Shown here in pieces: positions 38,751-50,571 of a stretch of DNA of 64,000 nucleotides. Position numbers and translations under genes: made by a program. The stretch is from Candidatus Hadarchaeum yellowstonense (GTDB lineage Archaea; Hadarchaeota; Hadarchaeia; Hadarchaeales; Hadarchaeaceae), in the NCBI GenBank assembly GCA_001515205.2, contig LQMQ01000007.1, positions 6,028 through 70,027 on the forward strand, written 5' to 3'. Below the pieces are notes generated by a model, which was given only the letters and a program-made list of their open reading frames with translations, was not told the origin of the DNA and ran no database searches. Numbering within the stretch: position 1 is the stretch's first letter; every line of letters begins with the position of its first letter.

Positions 38751-39428
38751 ATGAGAGTTGCCGTGCTCTTCACCGGCGGTAAGGACTCCACCTACGCCAC
38801 CTACCTGTCCCTAAAAGAAGGCCTTGAGGTGAAATATCTCCTCACGATGGCCTCCAAAAACCCTTATTCTTGGATGTTTCATTCGGTGAACATCAACGCC
38901 ACGAGATATCAGGCGGAAGCCATCGGGATCAAACAGATTTTGAAACCAACGCCGGGTGAGAGGGAAAGAGAGCTGAACGACCTCAAGGAAGCCATCGCAG
39001 GGATAAGGGGGGAGATCGATGGAGTCGTCAGCGGGAGCATCTCCAGCTCCTACCAGAAAAACCGGGTTGACCTGATCGCCAAAGAACTGGGACTGGTCTC
39101 GCTAACACCGCTGTGGGGGTCTGATCCCATCGAACTCCTTCACCAGATGATAGACGCCGGCTTTGAGGCCATCATCATCAGCGTGGCCGCGCAGGGATTT
39201 GACCAGAGCTGGCTGGGCAGAAAAATCGATGCCTCCACAGTCGATGAATTGGAAAGGCTGAGCAAGAGACAGGGGATAAATCCAAGTGGTGAAGGTGGGG
39301 AGTACGAAAGCTTTGTTTTAGACGCCCCCATTTTCAAAAAAAGGATTGAACCCATCGAAGTGGAAAAGGTCTGGTGTGGAAGCAACGGATATTTACTCAT
39401 CAAGCAAGTTAAAGTTGTGGAGAAGTGA
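38751..39428 (+). CDS. dph6: Diphthine--ammonia ligase family ATP pyrophosphatase
   Basis: FTGGKDS, SWMFH, YQKNRV, PLW, GEGGEYES.V.DAP.FK. Confidence 0.9.
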   Translation: MRVAVLFTGGKDSTYATYLSLKEGLEVKYLLTMASKNPYSWMFHSVNINATRYQAEAIGIKQILKPTPGERERELNDLKEAIAGIRGEIDGVVSGSISSSYQKNRVDLIAKELGLVSLTPLWGSDPIELLHQMIDAGFEAIIISVAAQGFDQSWLGRKIDASTVDELERLSKRQGINPSGEGGEYESFVLDAPIFKKRIEPIEVEKVWCGSNGYLLIKQVKVVEK

Positions 39429-39431
39429 ACC

Positions 39432-40460
39432 ATGAAAACCGCTCTGGTATATTCTGACAAATATCTGGAGCACAACCCCGGCATGGGCCATCCGGAGAGG
39501 CCGGAAAGGCTGAAGGCCATCGTCAATGGCTTAAAGAGATTCAGCCTCTGGAGTTCGCCGGAGATCAGAATAGTTGAGCCCAGACCGGCCGAACGTGATG
39601 ACATCGCGCTGGTCCACGACCCAGATTACATCTCGCTTGTAGAAAAAATGAGCGCGCTCGAAAGGCCGATCGACGGCGACACTCCGACGAAAAAGAACAC
39701 CTTTGAACTGGCACTACTCGCCGCTGGTGGCTCGATCAAAGCAGGTGAACTCGTGATGTCTGGCGAGTTCAAAAATGCTTTTGCTCTGGTGAGGCCGCCC
39801 GGGCATCACGCCTGCCGGAATCACGGTGGAGGGTTCTGCTACTTTAACAACATCGCGGTGATGATCGAACGCCTGAAGCGAGATTTCAGGCTGAAGAGGA
39901 TATTCGTGCTCGACTTTGACGCCCACCACGGAAATGGAACACAGGAAATATTTTACGCCGATCCCAGCGTGTTGTACATGTCGTTGCACCAGCACCCGTT
40001 AACACTTTATCCTGGAACCGGCTTCCCTGATGAAATCGGTGAAGATAAGGGGAGGGGTTTCAAAGTTAACGTTCCGCTCGAGCCCGGCAGCGGGGACATC
40101 GAGTACGGTGAGGTGATGCGGGAGATATTCGTCCCCATCTGCGAAAAATTCAGGCCAGAGTTGTTCGCGGTTTCCGCAGGATTTGACGCCCATTTTGATG
40201 ACCCCCTGACTGGCCTGCGTCTCTCCACAGAAGCTTACGGCTGGCTGACCACCATGGTGATAACTCAGGCAGAAAAGTTCTGTGAGGGCAAGGTGGTCTT
40301 CTTGCTGGAAGGAGGCTACGACCTAGAAGCCCTGGCGGGGGGCGTCGTTTATGTGGTCAGGGCAATGCTGGGGGAAAGATTCCATCCTCCGGAGGAGAGA
40401 ACGAGGCTGAAGTTAATCGATGAGTTGAAAATGCTCCTCTCAGAGAAATGGTCGCTGTGA
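39432..40460 (+). CDS. Histone deacetylase family (Zn-dependent) protein
   Basis: HPERPER, RPPGHHA, GFCYFNN, DFDAHHGNGTQ, SAGFDAH, LEGGY. Confidence 0.95.
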   Translation: MKTALVYSDKYLEHNPGMGHPERPERLKAIVNGLKRFSLWSSPEIRIVEPRPAERDDIALVHDPDYISLVEKMSALERPIDGDTPTKKNTFELALLAAGGSIKAGELVMSGEFKNAFALVRPPGHHACRNHGGGFCYFNNIAVMIERLKRDFRLKRIFVLDFDAHHGNGTQEIFYADPSVLYMSLHQHPLTLYPGTGFPDEIGEDKGRGFKVNVPLEPGSGDIEYGEVMREIFVPICEKFRPELFAVSAGFDAHFDDPLTGLRLSTEAYGWLTTMVITQAEKFCEGKVVFLLEGGYDLEALAGGVVYVVRAMLGERFHPPEERTRLKLIDELKMLLSEKWSL

Positions 40461-41690
40461 TCAGGTGCCAAGTTCTCTAGCTATTTGCTCCACAACTTCC
40501 ACGAATTTCTCGATTTCCTGCTCTAAGTTGAAAAAGTGAACCGAAGCCCGGACGGTGCCGTTAACCCGCAGGTGCCGCATCGTTGGCTGAGCACAATGGT
40601 GCCCCGAGCGGACGGCGATCTTGGCCAGTTCATCCAGCATTGAGGCCACATCATGGGGTCCGAGCCCGCTGACGTTGAAGCTGACCACGCCTCCACGCCG
40701 TTCCAGATCTCTAGGGCCGTAGACTTTAACCCTGCTGTTTTCTTCGATAGCGAGCATGAGCTCAATTAACTTTCTCTCCCTCTCGGCAATCTTCTCGATG
40801 CCTATGTCCATCACATACTCACATGCCCTGCCCAAGCCAATGACACCCGGAATGTTCGGCGTCCCCGCATCGAAAAGCTGGGGAGGCTCAACCAGTTTTG
40901 AAGCATGCAGCTCCACATCATCCACAATACCTCCACCAGTCAAAAGTGGCGCCAGCTCCCGAATCCTCTCCTCGCGGGCGAAGAGGAACCCTGTCCCCTG
41001 CGGTCCCAGCAGCCCTTTGTGGCCCGGAGCCGCTAAGAAATCGCAGTGAAGTCTACCGACATCGACGGGCATGTGTCCAATCGACTGCGCAGCATCCACC
41101 AAGTAGATGATGTCGTTTTCCTGGGCCAGCTTTCCAATCTCCTCGACCGGTTGAATGCTCCCGATAGCGTTGGAAACGTGGTGGGTAGCAATAAGGCGAG
41201 TGTTTTTGTCAATCGCTGCCTCAAACTCAGCGGGGTCAAGGAGGCATTCCTTGGAACTTCCCACTATCTCCAGCTTCACGCCTCGCTCCCGCTCCAACTG
41301 CTGCCAAGGAAGCAGGTTGCTGTGATGCTCGAAAACCGTGGTTATAATTTTATCACCCCTCCGGAAATCAAGTCCCCGGGCCACAAGGTTTATGGCCTCG
41401 GTTGTGTTCTTCGTGAAGATGATCTCATTAGACTTCGCTCCGATTACCCGAGCAATTTTCTCCCGGGCCGATTCAAACTCTGCAGTGGCTCTCTTAGCAG
41501 CGCGGTGGAGACCCCTTCCCACGTTTGCGCTGTACTCATGATAATAATCAAGCATTGCCTCGATTACCGGCTCCGGAGTGGGAGTTGTCGCGGCATTGTC
41601 GAGGTATATGATCCCGGTGCGCAAAAACGGTATCTCGGCCCTGACCTCTTCAACGCTTTTCGTCAAGGTTTCGCCCCGTCCTTTCTCCAA
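40461..41690 (-). CDS. Cysteine desulfurase, SufS-like
   Basis: YLDNAAT, EHHSN, DAAQS, GHKGLLGP, GTPN, RSGHHCA. Confidence 0.93.
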   Translation of the reverse strand: MEKGRGETLTKSVEEVRAEIPFLRTGIIYLDNAATTPTPEPVIEAMLDYYHEYSANVGRGLHRAAKRATAEFESAREKIARVIGAKSNEIIFTKNTTEAINLVARGLDFRRGDKIITTVFEHHSNLLPWQQLERERGVKLEIVGSSKECLLDPAEFEAAIDKNTRLIATHHVSNAIGSIQPVEEIGKLAQENDIIYLVDAAQSIGHMPVDVGRLHCDFLAAPGHKGLLGPQGTGFLFAREERIRELAPLLTGGGIVDDVELHASKLVEPPQLFDAGTPNIPGVIGLGRACEYVMDIGIEKIAERERKLIELMLAIEENSRVKVYGPRDLERRGGVVSFNVSGLGPHDVASMLDELAKIAVRSGHHCAQPTMRHLRVNGTVRASVHFFNLEQEIEKFVEVVEQIARELGT

Positions 41691-41745
41691 GGCTTAATCC
41701 TTTGCTGCCAATTTTAATCTGTCTGTCCCATCTAAAACCGAGCAA

Positions 41746-42003
41746 TTAAAGAAGTCGGGTAAGGCCGGTTACCTGAATATTTCCCACACCGGGGATTTTC
41801 GAGAGTTCATTTTCCAGAGGCTCTGTCCCTCCCGCCGCATCCTCAACGATCGCGACGACCTGCAGAGCCTCCAATCCAAAAGCGATTGGTTCCCGAGAAA
41901 CCGAATGCACCCTGACGCGCTTCCTGATCTCCGCCTCCATTTTTTTAAGATCAATCTCCGCGCTCTCCGGCATGATCCGCAGGGTAACAGCAACTTCCGC
42001 CAT
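41746..42003 (-). CDS. ef1b: Translation elongation factor 1-beta
   Basis: MAEVAVTLRIMPES, EPIAFGL. Confidence 0.95.
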   Translation of the reverse strand: MAEVAVTLRIMPESAEIDLKKMEAEIRKRVRVHSVSREPIAFGLEALQVVAIVEDAAGGTEPLENELSKIPGVGNIQVTGLTRLL

Positions 42004-42012
42004 CTGAACACC

Positions 42013-42204
42013 TCAAGGCCCAGTAAAACCACAGTTGGGGCAGCGGTAAGAGTTGCTCAGCCGCCGGCATTTAGCACAGCGCAAGATCTCCACCGCGCCG
42101 CATTTCGGGCAGGGAAACCTGACGACGATCTCGCCCTGAGCTATATCGCGATTGCAGGATGTGCACACGTTAACCATGTTCTCGCCATAATCGTTGGTTG
42201 CCAC
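42013..42204 (-). CDS. Double zinc-ribbon protein (DUF1610/HVO_2753-like)
   Basis: CTSC, FPCPKCG, RCAKCR, YRCPNCGFTGP; conserved position upstream of EF-1beta. Confidence 0.92.
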   Translation of the reverse strand: MATNDYGENMVNVCTSCNRDIAQGEIVVRFPCPKCGAVEILRCAKCRRLSNSYRCPNCGFTGP

Positions 42205-42353
42205 ACCTATAAAAAGGACATCTCATCCTCAGGGCATTACTCCCAGTGATGCATTGAGCTGCTGAATTGGAAAATCAACGCTTGTCTATTTTTTATTCAA
42301 TCCCTTTAAAAATATACCCCATCTGATTAAAACTTGAAAGAGAATTGATAAAT

Positions 42354-42430
42354 GGGCCCGTAGTCTAGCCTGGATAGGACATGAGCCTGCGGAGCTTAGG
42401 ACTCGGGTTCAAATCCCGACGGGCCCGCCA
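42354..42430 (+). tRNA. tRNA-Arg (anticodon GCG), CCA encoded
   Basis: Acceptor stem GGGCCCG/CGGGCCC, discriminator G then CCA; anticodon arm TGAGC-CTGCGGA-GCTTA; T loop GGTTCAAATCC. Confidence 0.95.
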
Positions 42431-42524
42431 TTGAAAACATCAGTAAAAAAGGACTGACGGTTTTTACTAGCTCGGTTTGAAAGGTTAGTTATTTTTATAG
42501 GCTGTAATCGAGAGATAAGTTGAC

Positions 42525-43310
42525 ATGATGGCTGAAATTGGAATAATAGGTGGCACCGGTCTTTACGACCCGAAACTTCTCAAAAACATCGAGGAAATCG
42601 AGATTGAAACCCCTTATGGACTGCCCTCTGATCGCATAACCCTTGGAGAGCTAAACGGGAGAAAGGTGGCATTCCTCCCCCGCCACGGGAAAAAACACAC
42701 GATAAGACCGACCGACATCAATTATCGGGCAAACATTTTCGCGATGAAAAAGCTTGGTGTGACCAGGATCCTGGCGCCATCGGCCGTGGGCTCCCTGAGG
42801 GAGGAATACCGTCCAGGAGACATTGTCTTCGTGGATCAATTTATCGATCGGACAACCAGGCGGGAGCAGTCTTTTTACACTGCCGAGAAAGTATGCCACA
42901 TTTCCGTGGCCGAACCCATGTGCCCTGAAATCAGGAGAACTTTAATGGAAGCGGCAAGGAGAGCCAGCATCGAAGCCCATCCCAAGGGAACTTATGTTTG
43001 CATTGAGGGGCCAAGGTTTTCCACCAAGGCGGAATCCAGGATGTTCCAGAGCTGGGGGGCGGATGTCATCGGAATGACTTTGGTCCCAGAATGCGTCCTA
43101 GCCCGCGAGGCCGAGATCTGCTATGCCTCCATAGCGACCGTTACCGACTACGATGTCTGGAAAGAACATCCGGTAAGTACTGAAGAGGTTTTAAAGACGA
43201 TGAAAAATAATCTAGAAAAAGTCAGGCGTTTAGTCGCTGAAACCGTGGCGATAATGCCAAGGGAAAGAAACTGCGAATGTAAAAATGCTCTGCAGAACGC
43301 CTTCGTCTGA
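42525..43310 (+). CDS. mtnP: S-methyl-5'-thioadenosine phosphorylase
   Basis: GIIGGTG, TPYG, RHG, SAVGSL, EGPRFSTKAES, IGMT, TDYD. Confidence 0.93.
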   Translation: MMAEIGIIGGTGLYDPKLLKNIEEIEIETPYGLPSDRITLGELNGRKVAFLPRHGKKHTIRPTDINYRANIFAMKKLGVTRILAPSAVGSLREEYRPGDIVFVDQFIDRTTRREQSFYTAEKVCHISVAEPMCPEIRRTLMEAARRASIEAHPKGTYVCIEGPRFSTKAESRMFQSWGADVIGMTLVPECVLAREAEICYASIATVTDYDVWKEHPVSTEEVLKTMKNNLEKVRRLVAETVAIMPRERNCECKNALQNAFV

Positions 43311-43324
43311 AAGGAGGTGAATCC

Positions 43325-43852
43325 TTGCTGGATCTCAAATCGAAAATCAGGAGAATACCCGAGTTCAAGGGCGTGGTTTTCTGGGACATCACCCCTCTCT
43401 TGAAGGACAAGATTGCCTTCAGAGAATCAATCAGGCTCATGGCCGAGCACTTCAGGAACAAAAAAATAGACGTGGTGGTTTCCAACGAGGCGAGGGGTTT
43501 CATCATCGCCGCACCGCTGGCCTACGAACTCGGCACCGGTTTCGTCCCCATCAGAAAAAAGGGAAAGTTGCCCGCCGCCTGCATGGACTACACCTACCAA
43601 AAGGAATATGAGACCGACACCATTGAAATTCATGAAGACGCCATAGAACCGGGACAAAACGTTCTGCTCGTCGATGACCTGCTGGCAACCGGCGGCACGA
43701 TGAAGGCCAACATCGCGCTTGTGGAAAAGCTAGGGGGAAAGGTCGTGGGCATCGGCTTCCTCATCGAGCTTGGCTACCTCAAAGGAAGGGAAACTATTGG
43801 AAACAACTACGAGATATTTTCATTAATAAAAATTGATACCCCTCAGGGCTAG
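43325..43852 (+). CDS. apt: Adenine phosphoribosyltransferase, bacterial-type
   Basis: FWDITPLL, EARGF, IRKKGKLP, VDDLLATGGT. Strong RBS AGGAGGTGA before the TTG. Confidence 0.93.
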   Translation: MLDLKSKIRRIPEFKGVVFWDITPLLKDKIAFRESIRLMAEHFRNKKIDVVVSNEARGFIIAAPLAYELGTGFVPIRKKGKLPAACMDYTYQKEYETDTIEIHEDAIEPGQNVLLVDDLLATGGTMKANIALVEKLGGKVVGIGFLIELGYLKGRETIGNNYEIFSLIKIDTPQG

Positions 43853-43975
43853 CCTGCTCTCCAAGGATAAAACATTTGCCACGGAGTTTGAAGAACCGAC
43901 CCTTGAAAAAGTGCTGCTTTAAAGCTCGATGGGGTATTTAAGAAGGGTGAACAGCTGATCGACTTTAACCTGAAA

Positions 43976-45229
43976 TTGATCGTGCTGTTGGTCTTCCTTG
44001 CCTGTTACGGGCTAGCGATCTCACGAAAGGTCAAGCTCGCCTATGTCGGGATCTCCTCCGCCGCTCTCCTAATTTTCCTCCTCCTGCCCACCAAGGCGAT
44101 GACGCCCGAGGAGGTGTTGAACTCAATCCGCTGGAATGTCCTAGGGATCTACTGGGGTTTCATGATGCTCTCAATCGTTTTTTCTGAAAGCGGGGTTCCG
44201 AAACATCTAGCCAGACACGTGCTCCACCACACAAAAAACGAGGGGGTGGCTCTCCTCGCCCTATGTGCGATAACCGCCTTTCTTTCCAGCTTTCTGGAAA
44301 ATGTCGGGGTGGTCTTGATAATGGCGCCGATAGCGTTGGAGGTTGCCCGAAAGACCAAATCCTCGCCCCTGCTGTACCTGATTTCCATTGCCATCAGCTC
44401 CAACATGGTGACGACGGTTTCGATGATAGCTGATCCTCCGGCAATAATACTGGCCTCCGAGGCGGGGATGTCCTTCTTGGATTTTTACTGGTTCCAGAGC
44501 AGGATTGGCCTGGGAGTAATCTCAATCGTCGCTGCTTTAGTCGGACTCGCCACCCTTTACCTCTGCCACTTCAAAAAAATGAAAACCAGAGTCCAACTGG
44601 AAGAGGAGGAAATCAAGACGAACTATTTGCCCACCGTGGTTTTCATCGCTGGAGTGACCGCTCTCGCCCTGAATTCCTATCTAGGGGTCGGCCCGGGAGT
44701 CATCGGCGTGATCATTGGATTGCTCTCCTTAATCCTGGGCTTCAGAGATCTACCAAAAATGGTGAGAGAATTCGACTGGAACTCGTTTTTCTTCATCATC
44801 GGCATTTTCATCGTGATAGGTGCGGTTGATGAAGTCGGCATACTCGGAGATCTTGCCAAGGCCATCGGTGGCCTCGGCCTTAACAATCCCGTGTTAACTC
44901 TGGCCATCTTCGTCTGGCTCTCGGTTGCCCTGTCCTCTTTTATAGACAACGTCCCCTTCACTGTGCTTATGCTCCCGGTGGCCAGAGGTGCTGCTTTGGC
45001 TTTGGGTGGCGGTAGCCTCACCTATGCGCTGATGTACGGAACTCTGGTCGGCACGGGCATCGGCGGAAATCTTACCCTGGTTGGTGCAACGGCAAACGTC
45101 TTTGCTGCCGGCTTGCTTGAAAAAAGAGGACACCGGGTGAGGCTGAAGGACTACCTGAAGATCAGCCTAGCTCCGACGATACTGGCAGTTCTAGTGGCAC
45201 ATCTGATGCTCCAGATGCTCTGGATTTAA
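43976..45229 (+). CDS. ArsB/NhaD/SLC13-type ion transporter
   Basis: LSSFLENV, ADPP, SSFIDNVP, GGNLTLVGATAN. The start may be CTG at 43955. Confidence 0.88.
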   Translation: MIVLLVFLACYGLAISRKVKLAYVGISSAALLIFLLLPTKAMTPEEVLNSIRWNVLGIYWGFMMLSIVFSESGVPKHLARHVLHHTKNEGVALLALCAITAFLSSFLENVGVVLIMAPIALEVARKTKSSPLLYLISIAISSNMVTTVSMIADPPAIILASEAGMSFLDFYWFQSRIGLGVISIVAALVGLATLYLCHFKKMKTRVQLEEEEIKTNYLPTVVFIAGVTALALNSYLGVGPGVIGVIIGLLSLILGFRDLPKMVREFDWNSFFFIIGIFIVIGAVDEVGILGDLAKAIGGLGLNNPVLTLAIFVWLSVALSSFIDNVPFTVLMLPVARGAALALGGGSLTYALMYGTLVGTGIGGNLTLVGATANVFAAGLLEKRGHRVRLKDYLKISLAPTILAVLVAHLMLQMLWI

Positions 45230-45249
45230 ACTCTCAAAAATCTGGGCGC

Positions 45250-46137
45250 CTAAATGCCCCTGACCTGCAGCCTTTCCTCCGGCTTTAGCATCTTGACATC
45301 AATGCCTTTCATCGGGGTCGGCAGGTTCTTGCAGGCCTCCAAGACGACCTCAGGATCATCATAGTAGCGGGTTGCCTCGACTATTGCCCTCGCCATCCTC
45401 GCGGGGTCACTGGACTTGAAGATACCGGAGCCGACGAATATTCCATCCACACCCATCTGCATGACCAATGAGGCGTCGGCGGGGGTGGCTATCCCTCCGG
45501 CGCAGAACCAGACGACGGGCAACCTCTGAAGCTTTGCCGTCTCCTCAACCAGCTCCACAGGCACGCGATATTCGCGGGCCTTTGCCTCCAGCTCGTCACG
45601 ACTCATCCCGGCCAGCTCCGCTATCTGGCGCTTGGTGACTTTTATGTGCCTCACGGCCTCAACGATGTTCCCTGTCCCGGCCTCACCCTTTGTTCTGATC
45701 ATCGCGGCGCCCTCGTTGATCCTCCTCAGGGCCTCCCCCAGATCACGTGAACCACAGACAAATGGAACCTTGAACTTTCTTTTGTCCACATGGGCCTCCT
45801 CGTCAGCCACCGTGAGCACCTCGCTCTCATCGATCATGTCCACGCCCAGAGCCTCAAGTACCTGGGCTTCGGCAAAATGACCGATCCGACATTTGGCCAT
45901 GACGGGTATCGTCACTGCGTTCATTATGGCCTCGATTATCGCCGGATCTGCCATGCGCGCGACCCCACCCGAGGCTCGAATGTCTGCCGGAACCGCCTGG
46001 AGCGCCATGACGGCCACGGCCCCGGCCTCCTCAGCGATGATGGCCTGCTCTGGATTCGTTACGTCCATGATAACTCCGCCCTTCTGCATCTTGGCGAACC
46101 CACGCTTGAGCCGCTCTGAGCCGAAGACTATCTCCAT
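45250..46137 (-). CDS. pdxS: Pyridoxal 5'-phosphate synthase subunit
   Basis: [49 protein letters not shown]. Confidence 0.97.
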   Translation of the reverse strand: MEIVFGSERLKRGFAKMQKGGVIMDVTNPEQAIIAEEAGAVAVMALQAVPADIRASGGVARMADPAIIEAIMNAVTIPVMAKCRIGHFAEAQVLEALGVDMIDESEVLTVADEEAHVDKRKFKVPFVCGSRDLGEALRRINEGAAMIRTKGEAGTGNIVEAVRHIKVTKRQIAELAGMSRDELEAKAREYRVPVELVEETAKLQRLPVVWFCAGGIATPADASLVMQMGVDGIFVGSGIFKSSDPARMARAIVEATRYYDDPEVVLEACKNLPTPMKGIDVKMLKPEERLQVRGI

Positions 46138-46191
46138 AAAATCACCTGTATATGACTATTATCGCCCAATCCTAAAAATATAAGGTTTTTG

Positions 46192-47953
<1,762 letters not shown>

Positions 47954-48015
47954 AACCAGAACTGTCGAGAATTAAGCTATTATAGAAGGCGGGGTGAAAC
48001 TTAGGCTGGTGGGCT

Positions 48016-49167
48016 ATGCCGCTCCATATTGCCGAAAGTGTGCTGGGCGTCTTCGCTTTTGATGATAAGGGCAAAATTATCGCCTTTAGAGAATTCCCGC
48101 GCGACCACGCAGAAGTGGCGGGAAAAATTGCCAGCATTCAGATGGGAACTCCGACCGAGGAACACCGCGGGCTCATCACCGAGCTGATGAGAAAGGGCCA
48201 TCGGGAGTTCACCTTGGAGTCCAAACCACTGGCCGAAAAACTTCAGGAGGAGTTCAAAAAAGCAAAGTTCGAGGTTTTGATACCGAACGTGGCGGGATCG
48301 ATGCTGCGAGAGAAGCTTCAGGACATCGCCGAGGAAATCGGCTTTGAAGGAGTTGACGATTTCGCCCGCGAAGTGAACTTCATCCTCACCCGCCACAAGC
48401 TCCGCACCGAGGCAGCCCAGCGAGACAGCTTGATCATTCAGTCAATTGGTCTACTTGACGATATCGACAAATTTACCAACATTCTGATAGGGCGTGTACG
48501 GGAATGGTATTCCATCCACTTCCCCGAGCTTGACCACCTTGTTCCCGACCACGAGATCTATATTAAGCTGATAATGGCACTCGGCCAACGCAGCGAATTC
48601 ACCAAAGAGGCCATCATGAAAGCGGCGGGGCTGTCTGAAGAGGAATCGGAAAAGATAGCCGAGGCTGCAGCCAACTCCTTGGGGGCACAATTTGATGAAA
48701 TAGATTTAAGCTCGTTGAGAAGGACCTGCAAGGAGATACTTGAACTCCACGACCTCAGAAAAGAGATAGCTGATTACATCGATGGACTGATGTCTCAGAT
48801 TGCTCCCAACCTGCGCGCAGTGGTCGGCAGCGCTATCGGGGCGCGACTGATTGCAATCGCCGGCGGCTTGCAGGAACTCTCCCGCATGCCGGCGAGCACC
48901 ATCCAAGTTCTCGGGGCGGAAAAGGCGCTTTTCCGAGCATTAAAGAAAAAGGGCAGCCCACCCAAGCACGGCGTGATCTTCCAGTATCCGGAGGTTCGCG
49001 GAGCCCCGAAGAAACTGCGGGGAAAAATCGCGCGGGCCCTTTCCGGAAAAGTTGCCATCGCGGCGAGAGTCGACGCCATGTCGGGTGAATTCGTGGGCGA
49101 TAAACTGGAGGCAGAACTCAGGGCGCGAATCGCGAACATCAAGAAAGCGATAAGGAAGGAATTATGA
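48016..49167 (+). CDS. nop5: C/D box sRNP core protein Nop5 (Nop56/58)
   Basis: REWYSIHFPEL, IAPNL, PASTIQVLGAEKALF, PKHGVIFQ, RGKIAR. Confidence 0.96.
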   Translation: MPLHIAESVLGVFAFDDKGKIIAFREFPRDHAEVAGKIASIQMGTPTEEHRGLITELMRKGHREFTLESKPLAEKLQEEFKKAKFEVLIPNVAGSMLREKLQDIAEEIGFEGVDDFAREVNFILTRHKLRTEAAQRDSLIIQSIGLLDDIDKFTNILIGRVREWYSIHFPELDHLVPDHEIYIKLIMALGQRSEFTKEAIMKAAGLSEEESEKIAEAAANSLGAQFDEIDLSSLRRTCKEILELHDLRKEIADYIDGLMSQIAPNLRAVVGSAIGARLIAIAGGLQELSRMPASTIQVLGAEKALFRALKKKGSPPKHGVIFQYPEVRGAPKKLRGKIARALSGKVAIAARVDAMSGEFVGDKLEAELRARIANIKKAIRKEL

Positions 49168-49844
49168 AAGCAATTGAGCACGAACGCTTCAAATCCGTTT
49201 ACTGGATAGAACTCGACGACGGCACGCGCAAGCTGGCCACGATAAATCTCGATCGCCACAATCAGGTTTATGGAGAGAGACTCATCGAGATAAACGGCGT
49301 GGAATACCGGCTCTGGGACCCCTACCGAAGCAAGCTCGCGGCGGCAATAGTCAAAAATTTAAAGGAAAACCCGATAGCTCCCGGAAGACAGGTGCTCTAT
49401 CTCGGCGCGGCGAGCGGGACAACTTCCTCGCACGTCTCAGACATCGTGGGGTTAAATGGCTGCGTTTACTGCGTGGAAATTTCCTCCCGGCCCATAAGGG
49501 ACCTGCTCCGAGTCTGCGCGAGGAGGAAGAATATGCTGCCGATACTGGCCGATGCCCGACAGCCGCACAGCTACTGCTCACTGGTCAAAAAAGTCGACGT
49601 CGTCTATCAGGATATCGCTCAGCCCGACCAGACCGACATCCTGCTGGCCAACGCGAGAATTTTTCTGCCGGAGGGCGGCTTCGCGATGCTATCGCTAAAG
49701 GCCCGCAGCATCGATGTAACCAAAGAGCCTCGCGAGATATTCAGAAACGAGATGGAAAAGCTGGAGAGGGAAATGGAAATCATCGACGCCAAGATCCTCG
49801 ACCCTTATGAGAAGGACCACGCGATGTTTGTCCTGAAGAAATGA
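49164..49844 (+). CDS. flpA: Fibrillarin 2'-O-methyltransferase
   Basis: VYGE, YRLWDPYRSKLAAA, LYLGAASGTT.SHVSD, DIAQPDQ, KARSID. Confidence 0.96.
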   Translation: MKAIEHERFKSVYWIELDDGTRKLATINLDRHNQVYGERLIEINGVEYRLWDPYRSKLAAAIVKNLKENPIAPGRQVLYLGAASGTTSSHVSDIVGLNGCVYCVEISSRPIRDLLRVCARRKNMLPILADARQPHSYCSLVKKVDVVYQDIAQPDQTDILLANARIFLPEGGFAMLSLKARSIDVTKEPREIFRNEMEKLEREMEIIDAKILDPYEKDHAMFVLKK

Positions 49845-49953
49845 ATCATTGTTGAGTTCAGTTGATGCTAAAGCTGAAACCATCGACTAAATTACAATTT
49901 AAGATGAAAGCGCGATCAATAGTTATAAAGACCTTTGCTCCAGAGATGCAAAT

Positions 49954-50568
49954 ATGCCCTACAATTTCAACTTCGACCTCTCGCGGATGCCCCAAGAATT
50001 CAACAAGGCCCTGATCAAGATGGCCTATCAAAAAAACATGCACAAAAGGATCGCAACAACCATCAGAAACCTGGTTGAAAAATTGAGGATTCAAGAAATC
50101 GGTGGCTTGAACCTATCAGATTTTACCACACTGATCGAGGACCTTGTCGACATCCATTTTCACAACATCTTGGAAAGGGAAAAATTTCAGAGGACGAAGA
50201 AAAGGGCGCTCTTTCTGCCCCACTGCTCGAGAAAATACCTTGACGGCAGGTGCCAGGCGCACTTTGACGCCAGCGTGCCTTCCTACATCTGCGCTGGCTG
50301 TTCTCCCGACTGTCTGATCAACATGGCGGTGGAGCTCGGCAAAAACAAAAACTACGATGTATACATTCTGCCTGGCGGGACCTGTCTGTCGCAGATCCTA
50401 GGAAGAAATGACTACGACGGCGTGGTGGGCGTCGCCTGCAGCCAAGAGCTGAAACAGGTCGAAGAACTGCTGAAGCGCAGGAATCTGCCGGCTCAAGCGG
50501 TGTTTTTGACCAAAAATGGCTGCGCCAACACCAAGTTCAACCTCAAAAGCCTCGAGGAAATTTTGTAA
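49954..50568 (+). CDS. DUF116 family protein
   Basis: FLPHC, Cys cluster, ILPGG, GVAC..EL, GCANT. Confidence 0.8.
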   Translation: MPYNFNFDLSRMPQEFNKALIKMAYQKNMHKRIATTIRNLVEKLRIQEIGGLNLSDFTTLIEDLVDIHFHNILEREKFQRTKKRALFLPHCSRKYLDGRCQAHFDASVPSYICAGCSPDCLINMAVELGKNKNYDVYILPGGTCLSQILGRNDYDGVVGVACSQELKQVEELLKRRNLPAQAVFLTKNGCANTKFNLKSLEEIL

Positions 50569-50571
50569 CCG

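Noticed and set aside
43925..43970. Fluoride riboswitch-like words (GATGGGGT...GCTGAT.GAC) upstream of an ion permease
   Set aside because: The P1 stem and pseudoknot pairing cannot be formed; the segment is better explained as RBS and start region.
42354..45229. Integrated element at tRNA-Arg
   Set aside because: No duplicated tRNA 3' end or integrase seen; the downstream genes are metabolic.
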